This document shows positions 33,768 to 43,908 of a stretch of DNA of 61,592 nucleotides, piece by piece. The stretch lies in IMG/VR virus record IMGVR_UViG_3300012929_000002. One strand, 5' to 3'. Below the pieces are notes generated by a model that worked only from the letters and a program-made list of their open reading frames with translations, was not told the DNA's origin and searched no databases. The translations under genes and the position numbers were made by a program. The DNA comes from a virus. Position 1 is the stretch's first letter, and each line of letters begins with the position of its first letter.

Positions 33768-34388
33768 ATGGCCGCCAATCCGTACCAGATCTCTACCTGG
33801 GGACAGCCCCTTACATTTGATTTCAAAACCCCGAGCGGGCAGACGTGCCTAATCCGCCGACTGGAAGTAGACGACCTGGTCGATCTAGACATCCTTTCTG
33901 AAATCGACCGGCTTTCCACGCTGGTTAACTCGGATCATATAGAGCCAGTGATGGGCGGTAGGAAGGTGCCTTCGGATCGCAAGCCAAAGGCCCTAACCGC
34001 AGCCCAGAAGAAGAAGCAAGAAGACGAATCTCTTATTAAGCTGATGTCCAACAAGGATGACTTCAGAATGTTGTCCTGGGTTATAGATCGTGTCGTCACG
34101 GCAGCGGTTGTCCAGCCGGTGGTGGTCAGCTCGTACACTGGAGATAAGGAAGAGCACGACAAGATATCTCTGGCAGATAGGGATCCAGATAGTATTTACA
34201 CCGATAGCATTCCGTTCCAGGATAGGATGGAAATCTTCAATAGCGCTATCGGAAGAATGGATGGCCTCGCTAGGTTTCGTGACCAGCAGACCGAGGTTAT
34301 GGGAGACGTGGAAAGCAAGTCAGGCGATGAGATGTCGTCCGAGCGAGATGCTGAGGATCTCGGGGAGCATCCGTCAGTATTGCTTTGA
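33768..34388 (+). CDS. Tail assembly chaperone (G-like)
   Basis: AGGAGG RBS. Position directly before the tape measure. Ends in CTT TGA. Confidence 0.65.
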   Translation: MAANPYQISTWGQPLTFDFKTPSGQTCLIRRLEVDDLVDLDILSEIDRLSTLVNSDHIEPVMGGRKVPSDRKPKALTAAQKKKQEDESLIKLMSNKDDFRMLSWVIDRVVTAAVVQPVVVSSYTGDKEEHDKISLADRDPDSIYTDSIPFQDRMEIFNSAIGRMDGLARFRDQQTEVMGDVESKSGDEMSSERDAEDLGEHPSVLL

Positions 34389-34563
34389 TAGAGCCGTGTG
34401 GTTGTTTGGATCTACCGTAGATAGCCAACTAGACAAGGCTATCGAAGGATGCAAGAACGAAAAGGAAATGGATAGAGCTAGGAATAGGGTTCTCGACATG
34501 TGGTTCCCAGAGAATAAAGCGGCAGCAGGAAGATTTAAGGATCCGGCAGCCTTATCTGTGTAG
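33768..34563 (+). CDS. Putative frameshifted chaperone fusion (GT-like) via a +1 shift at CUU-UGA (34383-34388)
   Basis: The +1 frame is open from 34090 to 34563 and reads ...CFDRAVWLFGSTVDSQLDKAIEG... across the G stop. It has no independent RBS or ATG. Confidence 0.45.
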
Positions 34564-34566
34564 GAG

Positions 34567-37500
34567 GTGAGTCCGTCGCCTAATTATGACCTAGGAACAG
34601 CGCACGGCCAGATCGTCATAGACTATGACAACAAAGGCACGGCTCAGGCGAGTAAGGACTTCACTTCTCTAGGTAAAGAAGCCGACAGTTTGAGAGGGCA
34701 CTTTGACGGGCTGGGAAGTACGCTAGCGGACTTCGGAAGGAACTTTGGAAGCATATCCCAAAACTTCGGGAGAAACTTCTCCATCTTCGCAGGTGGATCC
34801 GCTATCTTGGGGTCGCTTGTTCTTTCCGCTAAGAATCTTGGAGGTAGCCTTCTCGGGCTCCGCGGCGGAATTAGCGTTCTTAGTGCCTTGCGCACCGTGA
34901 TAGGCGGTGTGCCTAAGAGCATTCAGGGCTTTCCAAATGTACTGAAGCAGATAGTTCTTTTGTCCTCTGCCGTTAGCCTCCTCGGCGGTGGCCTCAAGAT
35001 ACTGGAAGCTCTAAGCTCTAGATTTGCGCTATTAGGAAAAGCCATTCCTATACTACAGTCTGTTCAAGAAAAGCTCGGATTATTCGGGAGGCCAATTAAG
35101 GACATCGCTCGACTGGTTCTCACAATAGGAACCTTTATCACTGTCGGTCGAGACATGGTAACGCTTGTTCAGGTTATCGCTAAGGTCTCGGCCGCTATCG
35201 CTTTGCTCACCGGGGGTGTGCATTTAATCGGCGGGTTAGTGGTCGCCGTTGAGCAATTAAGTGGAGCGCTGCTACTTCTCCCGGCCATCGGTGTGGCGGC
35301 GGGAGTAGTAGTGGGCACTCTGATTCTTGGATTCCAAGGGATGGGTGCGGCGTTAAAGACGGCGAACACTCCGGCTCAACTAAAAGCTCAGCAGAAGGCG
35401 CTAGACGGCCTTGCTCCTTCGGCCAGAGACTTCGTTACGCAGGTAACTGCGATGAAGCCGGCTTTTAAGAATCTTCAGCTAGGTGTTCAGCAGCAGTTGT
35501 TCGAGGGCTTGGGCACAGCCGTCCGTAATGTGGGGTCTATATACATCCCCATTATGAGAACGGGATTACAGAATGTAGCCGGGGACCTAAATTTGGTTGG
35601 GCATCAAACGGCTTTATTTCTATCGTTCCCGGATGTCGCAAAAGACTGGGTAAAGGTTCTGGCGAATATTCATACCACCCTAAACAATCTGATTCCGGCG
35701 TGGGATGCCTTTCTATCTGTAATGGATGACGTTGTGACCGTCGGTAGTGGATTTCTTCCCCACCTGGCGGATGTAATAGGGAATGCGGCCGCTAAATTCG
35801 CAAGTTTCATAGATGACGCTCGCCAGAGCGGTCAGCTGGCGGGATGGATTCAGACGGGCATTGATGCTTTTCGTCTACTGGGTCAGATAATAGTCAATGT
35901 CTTCAGTATTCTCAATTCGGTTTTTAGCGCCTTCAACGCAACCGGCTCTGGATTCTTGAACACGCTCGCCAACCTGACAGGGGTTGTCGCTACATTCTTT
36001 AAGACCGCTCAGGGAAGCCAGGCTCTTCAATCTCTGGGTCAGATATTTAACCAGATAGGAAGAGTAGTCGGAGGAGTGCTACTAGCTGCCCTCCAGGCTT
36101 TGGGCCCTATCGTTATAGCATTACTCCCGCTCATTAGGGATCTTGCCACGGACTTTGGCGGTAGCCTAATTGTCGCCATCAATATTCTTGGCCCTATATT
36201 GCTAGGCGTCGCCAACACGCTTAATGCGCTGGCTCCTATAATCTCTCCCTTCGCCGGTAGTTTGTTCGCGCTGGGAGTAGTGGCGCTGGGGGTTGGAGCG
36301 GCGTTCCGTGCCATCTGGAGCATATGCAGCATATTGATACTTGGCATTAAGGTGTTGCAGGGCGTCGTAATAGTCTTCCGTAGCGTGATACTAACCCTTC
36401 AAGTAGCGCTGTGGTTGACAGATGCAGCGGCTCTACCCTTGATAGCCACCATAGGACTATTCGCTTTAGCATTCCTGGCCATTGCAGCCGTGGTCGCCGC
36501 CGTAGTGATTATCGTTATCAAATACTGGAAGCAGATCAGCAGTTTCTTGCTTGGAGTATGGCACGCCATCGTAAACTTCGCTACCGCGATATGGGGGCCG
36601 GTCGCAGGATTCTTTGAAGGAATATGGAATTCTGTAAGTGGATTCTTCACAGACGTATGGAATAGTATCTGGGGAAAGACGGTCAGCGTATGGAATAGCA
36701 TCCTGAATTTCTTCTCAGGACTGGCCTCTTCCGTAGGCGGATTCTTCTCAGATATAGGATCTGCTATAGCCGGCGCATTCACTTCTATTATTCATTGGTT
36801 CGAGAGTCTTCCCGGTCTAACATATCGAGCGTTGATCGCGTTGCCGGGGATTGTTATTGATATCCTGAAATGGACTTTTACAAGAGGGCTGTATTATGTG
36901 GAGCAGGGTATCGAGTGGATAATCGCGGCGTGTATCGCATTTCCCATTGATGCGGCTATCGGCTTCTATAAGTTTAGTGACATGATGGGTAAAATACTGA
37001 TAGCGGCTTTTGACAATGCCGTTCATGCCACGGTAGGATTTATAACGGATGTTGTGAACTGGTTCAGGCAACTCCCCGAGAATGTGGCTCTAACTCTCCT
37101 CCAGTGGTGGAATGATCTTAGTATCTGGTGGACAAATCTGAATGCCAGCGTTGAGCTGTGGGTCGGGACGGTAATCAATAACGTTGTGTCTTGGTTCCAG
37201 AGCTTGCCTCTACGCATCGGCCTATGGCTGGTAAATCTTTGGACGAGCCTCAGTACTTGGTGGATAAATCTAAACAATAGCTCTCAGATATGGGTCGGCA
37301 ATCTTATCAACGGTATCGTAAATTGGTTCCAAAATCTTCCTTCTAGGATAGCCGTCTGGTTCACTGTTATGTGGAACAACTTTAGTAATTGGTGGACAAA
37401 CCTGAACAGTAGTTCTCAAGTATGGATCGGAAATGTCATCAACGGTGCCGTAGCCTGGTTTAGGAGCCTGCCTGGAAAGATTGTTAGCGCTCTGGGTGAC

Positions 37501-38046
37501 GCCGGAAAATGGCTGATCGGTATTGGTAAGGCAATCTTGGAAGGCTTGCTCAACGGTCTAAAAGCCGCATGGAACGCAGTTACAGGATTCGTTGGTGGTA
37601 TCGCAGATAAGATCAAGGCCCTCAAGGGGCCGCTGCCGTACGACAGGCAGTTGCTGATCCCCGCCGGGCAAGCCATAATGGGCGGCCTGCATCAGAGCAT
37701 CATCGGTGCTCTTCCTGCCATTCTAGATACGGTTAGGGGGATAGCTCCTCAGATTCAAGACGCCATGGGGAGCGCTAGTGCAACGGTTGGTTTGGGTCTC
37801 GGAGTAACCACGGTAGCTGCCACCAGTGCAGCCGCGTTGACAGCCGCCAACGGCACTGTGGGCGGTGCCGCGAGCGGTGCTAGTGCAACAGCACAACAGG
37901 CCGCCGGGCAACAACGGATAATTAATGTGGAGAATCTAAACATTCAGGGAAATCTGGATCCAACCAATCCAGTGGCGTGGCGGCAAACAATGAAGAATCT
38001 AAGAGATGGCCTACGTGATTTGGACAGGAGCGGGGCTACGACATGA
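34567..38046 (+). CDS. Tape measure protein
   Basis: 1159 aa, Gly/Ala/Leu-rich with TM-like segments and Trp-rich tandem repeats. AGGAGG then GTG. Confidence 0.9.
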   Translation: MSPSPNYDLGTAHGQIVIDYDNKGTAQASKDFTSLGKEADSLRGHFDGLGSTLADFGRNFGSISQNFGRNFSIFAGGSAILGSLVLSAKNLGGSLLGLRGGISVLSALRTVIGGVPKSIQGFPNVLKQIVLLSSAVSLLGGGLKILEALSSRFALLGKAIPILQSVQEKLGLFGRPIKDIARLVLTIGTFITVGRDMVTLVQVIAKVSAAIALLTGGVHLIGGLVVAVEQLSGALLLLPAIGVAAGVVVGTLILGFQGMGAALKTANTPAQLKAQQKALDGLAPSARDFVTQVTAMKPAFKNLQLGVQQQLFEGLGTAVRNVGSIYIPIMRTGLQNVAGDLNLVGHQTALFLSFPDVAKDWVKVLANIHTTLNNLIPAWDAFLSVMDDVVTVGSGFLPHLADVIGNAAAKFASFIDDARQSGQLAGWIQTGIDAFRLLGQIIVNVFSILNSVFSAFNATGSGFLNTLANLTGVVATFFKTAQGSQALQSLGQIFNQIGRVVGGVLLAALQALGPIVIALLPLIRDLATDFGGSLIVAINILGPILLGVANTLNALAPIISPFAGSLFALGVVALGVGAAFRAIWSICSILILGIKVLQGVVIVFRSVILTLQVALWLTDAAALPLIATIGLFALAFLAIAAVVAAVVIIVIKYWKQISSFLLGVWHAIVNFATAIWGPVAGFFEGIWNSVSGFFTDVWNSIWGKTVSVWNSILNFFSGLASSVGGFFSDIGSAIAGAFTSIIHWFESLPGLTYRALIALPGIVIDILKWTFTRGLYYVEQGIEWIIAACIAFPIDAAIGFYKFSDMMGKILIAAFDNAVHATVGFITDVVNWFRQLPENVALTLLQWWNDLSIWWTNLNASVELWVGTVINNVVSWFQSLPLRIGLWLVNLWTSLSTWWINLNNSSQIWVGNLINGIVNWFQNLPSRIAVWFTVMWNNFSNWWTNLNSSSQVWIGNVINGAVAWFRSLPGKIVSALGDAGKWLIGIGKAILEGLLNGLKAAWNAVTGFVGGIADKIKALKGPLPYDRQLLIPAGQAIMGGLHQSIIGALPAILDTVRGIAPQIQDAMGSASATVGLGLGVTTVAATSAAALTAANGTVGGAASGASATAQQAAGQQRIINVENLNIQGNLDPTNPVAWRQTMKNLRDGLRDLDRSGATT
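37051..37494 (+). repeat. Three full and one partial 132-nt (44-aa) tandem repeats inside the tape measure
   Basis: Units start at 37051, 37183, 37315 and 37447: (V/I)VxWFxxLP...W..L..WWxNLNxSxxxWxGxxIN. Confidence 0.85.
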
Positions 38047-39254
38047 GCTACGGGACAGTTCAGGTGGGCAGGTTGATCTTACGAGAGGATAGAGACACCT
38101 CTCTCAAGGTGAATGCTCAATCGGGCGGAGTGACGCTGGCTCTTACCGGGCAACAGTCGTTTCCTGGTAGCTATACTTCCGTCCAGGTAGAACAGGCCAT
38201 GGCTGATATAGCATCTTCCACGACAGCAGTAATTCCGGTTGTGTTTACCGAGAAGGTTGCCCTGAATGGGTATTACTCCGTAGCGGATTGGGCTGTCAAT
38301 CAGTCCAAGTACGTCTCAGATGGGGCGAATCTAGCACCGTGGACGATGTCTTTGGATCTTCTAGGAACAGACTATGAGATTGATATCGAGAGCCGCCTGG
38401 GCGGAGCGCAGACGAGGAGTAACGGCTATGCTCTTTCAACGGGCGAACGCTGGCATTGCCCGCCGTTCGGAGCGTACGGATATTACGCCGGAGCATCCGT
38501 CCCTAGCATCGTTACGCGTACCGGAAGCGACGGTGCTCTTACGGTCTACCGAGCCATCACATTCGGTACATATCCGCGTTGGGGATGTCCGGTTGCTAGC
38601 TATGGACTCGGAAGAGTTCGCTTCTTGGCTACTGGGATAGAGCGCACTGGCATCTCCTTAAAAGCGGATGCTACTAACTGGGAGTTGAGCAATAGTCTGG
38701 TTCGGATTAAGCCGCTAGCCGCCGGCGGAGTGCTGGAGATCAGCGCCTGGACGGGTGCCGCCTGGCAGGTAAAGAACTACGATGTGCTAGCCAATGCCGC
38801 CAGCCTGGGAGTGCTCACCGGCATCTCGTTAATTCAGAACGATTACCATCGGATCACTGTGCGGTTGCTTAAGACGGTGGCTGCTCTGGGGCGGGTAACG
38901 GTGGACGTCACTCTCCGCCGAGGCAGTAGGTTCGCAGAGATCTACATTCAATCCTCCAGCAGCACGACGCTGAAGTTCATGCGCTCCACTACCGAGGCCG
39001 GAACCCAGGCCGTGAATTTGACGTATATCAAGGCTACGGCGGCAGACGGTGCCGGTAATAAGTACGTGATGGGGAGCGCCGGCACGTACACGGCGGACGC
39101 CGCCAATGGAGCCATTAGCAAAGCTGCCGTAGTTGCCCTTGATGTTATGATTGGCGTGGAAGTTGCCGCTGCTCCGGCCGGAGATGTGGCGGCAGACCTC
39201 TACAATCAATATCTTGGAACACCGAGCGAACTAGTAACGGCGGTGAAGAGATGA
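38043..39254 (+). CDS. Distal tail protein (Dit-like, positional call)
   Basis: ATGA overlap with the tape measure. 403 aa. Confidence 0.5.
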   Translation: MSYGTVQVGRLILREDRDTSLKVNAQSGGVTLALTGQQSFPGSYTSVQVEQAMADIASSTTAVIPVVFTEKVALNGYYSVADWAVNQSKYVSDGANLAPWTMSLDLLGTDYEIDIESRLGGAQTRSNGYALSTGERWHCPPFGAYGYYAGASVPSIVTRTGSDGALTVYRAITFGTYPRWGCPVASYGLGRVRFLATGIERTGISLKADATNWELSNSLVRIKPLAAGGVLEISAWTGAAWQVKNYDVLANAASLGVLTGISLIQNDYHRITVRLLKTVAALGRVTVDVTLRRGSRFAEIYIQSSSSTTLKFMRSTTEAGTQAVNLTYIKATAADGAGNKYVMGSAGTYTADAANGAISKAAVVALDVMIGVEVAAAPAGDVAADLYNQYLGTPSELVTAVKR

Positions 39255-41893
39255 GCGTTACAGAGACTCTGGGAGCTCTCGGAAGCTGGTCTCTCACGCT
39301 GGATGATAATACTCCCAAGAGTGTACTGGATAAGATTCAATACTTCGGTCATGTCATGATAGACGTGGGGAATTCCGATCCGGGTTTCTTGAACGACAAT
39401 CTCCTTAAGAGCTCGAGGTTCGTCGGGCAATTACGAGACAAGGATTTTAAGGGAACTGGCAATACTATCGGCGGCGCCGGCATGAACGTATGGATGGGTG
39501 ACGCCGATAAGAAGGGTCAGGTGATCGAAACTCCACTCGTATTAACGGCCGCCAGTTTTGTCACAGCCATGACAGCCGTGATACCAACATGTCTCCATGT
39601 AGGAACTTTGTTTGGAACGGTGGCTGGAAATATCACTACAACTTTTCAATTCACGGATCCTAGAACAGCGGCAGACTATATCGCTAGCACCATGGGCGGG
39701 GCTTGGCGGGTTAACGGTGACGGCACTGTTGACGCTGGCCTAATAAGCGATTTGTATCGCAGTACGCCTATATGCGCTCTGGTTCGTAGTGGTGCCGGAG
39801 TAGACATGAGATTGCGAGCGTTGCCAGGTAGCTTTGATGCCTCTAGCGATGTGCAGGATTTCACTACTAGAGTTCTGTTGTTAGGTCAGGGAGAAAGCGG
39901 TTCTGTTGCAGACGGAACAGCCGACATCTCGGGCGGGTTAAATCCATATCTGGACATGTTTGGGAATGCCGTCAAGCTCACTCGTATGGTGAGCGAAAGC
40001 GATACTAGCGCGGTCAACGCTACGGCTCGCGCGCAATTGCAGCTTAATCGATTCACGTCTACCAGGGATGCTCTAACTCTTAGTACTAGCGAATATGATA
40101 TCAAGGGTGAGCTAGCTATCGGGGATAATCTTTACGTGTACGATCCGACCACGGGATTGGTGAATAATAGTAACGAAGTTATTTTCCGCGGAGAGCGGCT
40201 CAATCCACTAGTCCTTCGATGCACGGAGTTGACGTGGCCCGTAGTCAGCGGTATGACCGTGGGATACCGGGATGGCCATGGTGTATGGACCGATCTAACC
40301 CCCTACGTTAATTGGGAGTCCGGGTCTACCACGGTGGTCGTCGGTGGATATGAAAGAAGTCTAGTTAGCACTACGGAGCCTATCGGTAGTCGCCCGATAG
40401 CCGACACATCTGTTCCAGACGTGCCGACCTGGACGACACCCTTCATTCAGGCGGTATATCAGTCTCCTATTAACGGCAATACGCGAGCGCAGGTTCAACT
40501 AGTGTGGACCAAGCCGAACAACACTGACGGCAGTACGATTCTGGATGGCGACCACTACGAGATCCGCTGGCGGCAATCCACGACGCCTATCTTTCCTAGT
40601 ACATGGGCTCAGTTAGCTGGATCTACCTGGGGTTCTCTGGCGGCTCAGGCATGGGCTCAGCCCATTACCTATCCTGTTTCGCAATGGAACATGGTGGCCG
40701 TCGGTTTCGACCAGTTACATGTGATGCTGGAAGAGCTATTGCCGAGCCATCCGTATGAGGCGCAGATAAGGGCAGTGGACACGGCCAGTCCGCCGAATTA
40801 TGGCAACTGGTCTACGAACACGACGTGGCAGACCACCGATGACACGATAGCTCCGCAGACGCCGGCTCCGCCTTCCGTGGCGGCAAGCCTGATCTCTATT
40901 CAGGTCACGCATACTCTGGGTGTTGCCACAGGAGGCACGTACAATCTAGATCCCGATTTGCATCACCTGGAGATTCATGGGCAATATGAGCCCACGTTTA
41001 CTCCCAGTGACTCCACGCTGCTCGGTAAGTTGATAGCGAACAATTCGCTCCTTATCGGACAGATACCGGCCGTGGGTTCGTTCCCGATATCTTCTCTAGT
41101 GCCGACTTATTTCAAGGTTATCGCGGTGGATACCGCCGGGAATAAGTCGCTGCCGTCTTCTACAGTCTCCGCTACGGCTCTATTGATTGACGATGCACAC
41201 ATCAATACGCTCACTGCCAGCAAGATAACGGCGGGTACGATCACAACGGACCTTCTAATGGGCGGCCGGATAGCCACCGGCCTAACCGGCGCCCGAGTTC
41301 AGATGGACAGCACGGGCATCAATGCCTATGATTCGTCCGGCACCAATACCGTTCAAATCAAGAGCGATGGATCCATGTCCCTCATCGTGAACGGTGACAT
41401 TGAGCTCCCCACCGGCGGACACATCAGGGACGGCGCCGGAAATATCATCATGTCTGCCGACGCGGGGACTGGCGTCGGATTATCCACTCCGTTTGTTCAG
41501 TGCCCAATGTATCCAGCGTGGGCACAAAGTTTTCCGAGCACTTCTTATCCCTGCATGGTAGCTAGTGCTTGCACTGCCGAAACACAAATCTGGAGTGGAA
41601 CTATTTCTCAGGTCGTGTGGCCCAATATCTCGTTCTATATGCTATTAGGAAGAGTGACTGGATCTACATCAAATGCGAATTATCGATTCTATATCAACGG
41701 AGTCTTGATTAATACTATACTGAGTCCGGCTTTCACGTTTTACAAATTTAAACAGGTGGTCCTAGCCCCGGGCGGTATTGGCCTTTCGTTTGGAATTCAA
41801 GACATAGCCATCTCCATCACAATTCAGTCTACGATTACTAGCGGAGACTTTTTCGCATGTGGCCTGAGCGGCGTATCTATGAATGGGAATTAA
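39251..41893 (+). CDS. Tail tip / minor tail protein (Tal-like)
   Basis: ATGA overlap. 880 aa. Called from position. A mid region looks FN3-like (...HYEIRWRQ...YEAQIRAVD...). Confidence 0.5.
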   Translation: MSVTETLGALGSWSLTLDDNTPKSVLDKIQYFGHVMIDVGNSDPGFLNDNLLKSSRFVGQLRDKDFKGTGNTIGGAGMNVWMGDADKKGQVIETPLVLTAASFVTAMTAVIPTCLHVGTLFGTVAGNITTTFQFTDPRTAADYIASTMGGAWRVNGDGTVDAGLISDLYRSTPICALVRSGAGVDMRLRALPGSFDASSDVQDFTTRVLLLGQGESGSVADGTADISGGLNPYLDMFGNAVKLTRMVSESDTSAVNATARAQLQLNRFTSTRDALTLSTSEYDIKGELAIGDNLYVYDPTTGLVNNSNEVIFRGERLNPLVLRCTELTWPVVSGMTVGYRDGHGVWTDLTPYVNWESGSTTVVVGGYERSLVSTTEPIGSRPIADTSVPDVPTWTTPFIQAVYQSPINGNTRAQVQLVWTKPNNTDGSTILDGDHYEIRWRQSTTPIFPSTWAQLAGSTWGSLAAQAWAQPITYPVSQWNMVAVGFDQLHVMLEELLPSHPYEAQIRAVDTASPPNYGNWSTNTTWQTTDDTIAPQTPAPPSVAASLISIQVTHTLGVATGGTYNLDPDLHHLEIHGQYEPTFTPSDSTLLGKLIANNSLLIGQIPAVGSFPISSLVPTYFKVIAVDTAGNKSLPSSTVSATALLIDDAHINTLTASKITAGTITTDLLMGGRIATGLTGARVQMDSTGINAYDSSGTNTVQIKSDGSMSLIVNGDIELPTGGHIRDGAGNIIMSADAGTGVGLSTPFVQCPMYPAWAQSFPSTSYPCMVASACTAETQIWSGTISQVVWPNISFYMLLGRVTGSTSNANYRFYINGVLINTILSPAFTFYKFKQVVLAPGGIGLSFGIQDIAISITIQSTITSGDFFACGLSGVSMNGN

Positions 41894-41894
41894 T

Positions 41895-42158
41895 ATGACA
41901 TTTCGAACGATGACTCCAATCTATCCTTGTGTTATGTGGGATGGAACAAACGTGGAGGAAATCCGACAAGTTTTCTGGCGCCATACCTTCGGGGATAGCG
42001 ATGGAGTTTTGACCGTGATCGGGCCCGGCATGGCGGGCAGTGTTCAACAGGGATGGTATCTATACGGAGTGCCAGGCCCAGCGGGCATCAGCGTTTCTCA
42101 GACCGATCCTATAGACAACATCAGTTACATGGAAGTCAATATTCCTACCGGTCAGTAA
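41895..42158 (+). CDS. Hypothetical tail-module protein (87 aa)
   Basis: In frame within track ORF 41883..42158. Confidence 0.5.
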   Translation: MTFRTMTPIYPCVMWDGTNVEEIRQVFWRHTFGDSDGVLTVIGPGMAGSVQQGWYLYGVPGPAGISVSQTDPIDNISYMEVNIPTGQ

Positions 42159-42167
42159 GGATAAACC

Positions 42168-43088
42168 GTGGCGACCACGACGACAAGGCTAGGTCTAAGA
42201 AAGCCGGCTACGACAGATCTCGTCACGGTTGGCACGGATCTAGACGGTAACTATGATCTGATAGATCTGGCCGTGGGTGACACCATCTGCACCACCAGCA
42301 CGCGGCCCTCCACGCCTTGGTCCGGCCAGACCATATACGAGACGGATACCGGTAAAGAAGCGATCTGGAATGCGGCCTGGAAGTATGCCTCTTCCGCGTT
42401 GGTGTGCACTTCCGGTACTAGGCCGTCTAGCACTCTGTTGATCAAGGGCAATACGATCTACGAGTCGGATACTAATAATTCCCTGGTCTGGCTTGGCGCG
42501 GCCTGGCAACATATGGGATCGCCCATCCTCTCGACGGCAGGTAACTTTCAAAGCCCGTATGTCGGAGCTACGTATAGCAACTCTACCGACGGATGGGTTT
42601 ATGCGTGCACCAACGTTGTCGGTCCGGTATGGCAGCGTCAGAGAGCCTGGCAAGGGAACTTGGGATATGCTGAATATACCATCGCAACGGCGGTAACAGA
42701 TCAGACGGTAGGAACTGGGGCCGGGATTCAGTTCAATGGTACGGTAGCTTTTTCAACACCCCTGGTCGTCGCTAGCGCTACGAACAGTATATTCACGACC
42801 TCAGAGCTAGGGACGTTTGGCGTGACGGTCCAGGCTAGGATAGCCTCTACTGGATCCGGATTCTTGCAGGTCGTAAACGCCTCCACCGGAAAGGTATACG
42901 CAGCTAGCGGCCCTAACGTGGCGGCTGCGACTAATGATATTGTAATCGCGTTCACTAGGCGCTTGCCAGCCAGCACACCTCTCCAGTTTAACGCTATCGG
43001 GGCTGTGGGTGCTACCATTCCGCACGGCGGAGGATCTGGAAGTGTTAACGAACGTACGTGGGTTTCGTTCCAGTATGAGGGACCGTAA
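42168..43088 (+). CDS. Minor tail / fibre protein with TRPS...G.TIYE(T/S)DT...W repeats
   Basis: STRPSTPWSGQTIYETDTGKEAIWNAAW and GTRPSSTLLIKGNTIYESDTNNSLVWLGAAW, a repeat typical of actinophage minor tail proteins. Confidence 0.6.
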   Translation: MATTTTRLGLRKPATTDLVTVGTDLDGNYDLIDLAVGDTICTTSTRPSTPWSGQTIYETDTGKEAIWNAAWKYASSALVCTSGTRPSSTLLIKGNTIYESDTNNSLVWLGAAWQHMGSPILSTAGNFQSPYVGATYSNSTDGWVYACTNVVGPVWQRQRAWQGNLGYAEYTIATAVTDQTVGTGAGIQFNGTVAFSTPLVVASATNSIFTTSELGTFGVTVQARIASTGSGFLQVVNASTGKVYAASGPNVAAATNDIVIAFTRRLPASTPLQFNAIGAVGATIPHGGGSGSVNERTWVSFQYEGP

Positions 43089-43095
43089 GTAGGAG

Positions 43096-43521
43096 GTGAA
43101 AGGCGTGTTGAGGTTTCGAGACTTGCTTGGCCTGAAAGAACCACGCTCGCATATGGTGATACTCGCGGCAGTGTTCTACGCCTTTGGGCTCACGATGTTG
43201 TGGCAGCCTGGCCGTTACTTCAACACGCCTAGCTATGCCAATCTTCTTCAGTTACTCAGGCCGGAGTGGTGGGGAGGGATTCATGTTCTTGCTGCTAGTC
43301 TGATGGTGCTGTGTATCATCTGGCATGAGAACGCCAAGTTAATATTCTCCTCTCATATCATGGGGCTTCTATTGGTAGCCTTCTGGTGGGTGGCGTTTAT
43401 CGTAAGATACTTCACAGACGCCGGTACGACCATCGTTAACGTATGTTCGTGGGGAGTCTTCGTATATCTAATCGTTCGTAGTGGCCTTCTAATGATGAGC
43501 CACATCAGAGCGGAGGACTAG
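43096..43521 (+). CDS. Membrane protein with ~4 TM segments (holin-like; alternative GTG start at 43105)
   Basis: Hydrophobic segments read in the translation. AGGAGG upstream. First gene of the lysis region. Confidence 0.5.
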   Translation: MKGVLRFRDLLGLKEPRSHMVILAAVFYAFGLTMLWQPGRYFNTPSYANLLQLLRPEWWGGIHVLAASLMVLCIIWHENAKLIFSSHIMGLLLVAFWWVAFIVRYFTDAGTTIVNVCSWGVFVYLIVRSGLLMMSHIRAED

Positions 43522-43524
43522 CTC

Positions 43525-43908
43525 ATGAGCACTGCCGCAGACCTTACGGCTTATATAGGAGCTTTTGTTAGCGTTGCCGTAGCCGGCGGAACATTCTGGG
43601 CCTGGCGGAGAAAGAATAGGGATACGCAAGACATGACCGAAGTCGTGTCGTTCGAATCGTTGAACAAGGCTCTAAACAATGAAGTAGCTCGAGTCAATAA
43701 GCAGCTAGCAGATCAGAAGTTGGACTATGAGCATAGGATCACCGAGATGGAGGTCCGTCACAGGGATCAGCTCAAGTCTCTTGAAACGGATTACGAACAG
43801 CGCCACGCCACGCTCCGTTCTCGCATGGCGGATTTGGAGACGGACAATGCCAGCTTAAATCGTCAGCTAATTCAAGCCCGCAGATGGACTGATCCAAATG
43901 TCAAGTGA
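43525..43908 (+). CDS. N-terminal TM plus coiled-coil protein
   Basis: AYIGAFVSVAVAGGTFWAW followed by heptad-like charged sequence. Confidence 0.5.
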   Translation: MSTAADLTAYIGAFVSVAVAGGTFWAWRRKNRDTQDMTEVVSFESLNKALNNEVARVNKQLADQKLDYEHRITEMEVRHRDQLKSLETDYEQRHATLRSRMADLETDNASLNRQLIQARRWTDPNVK

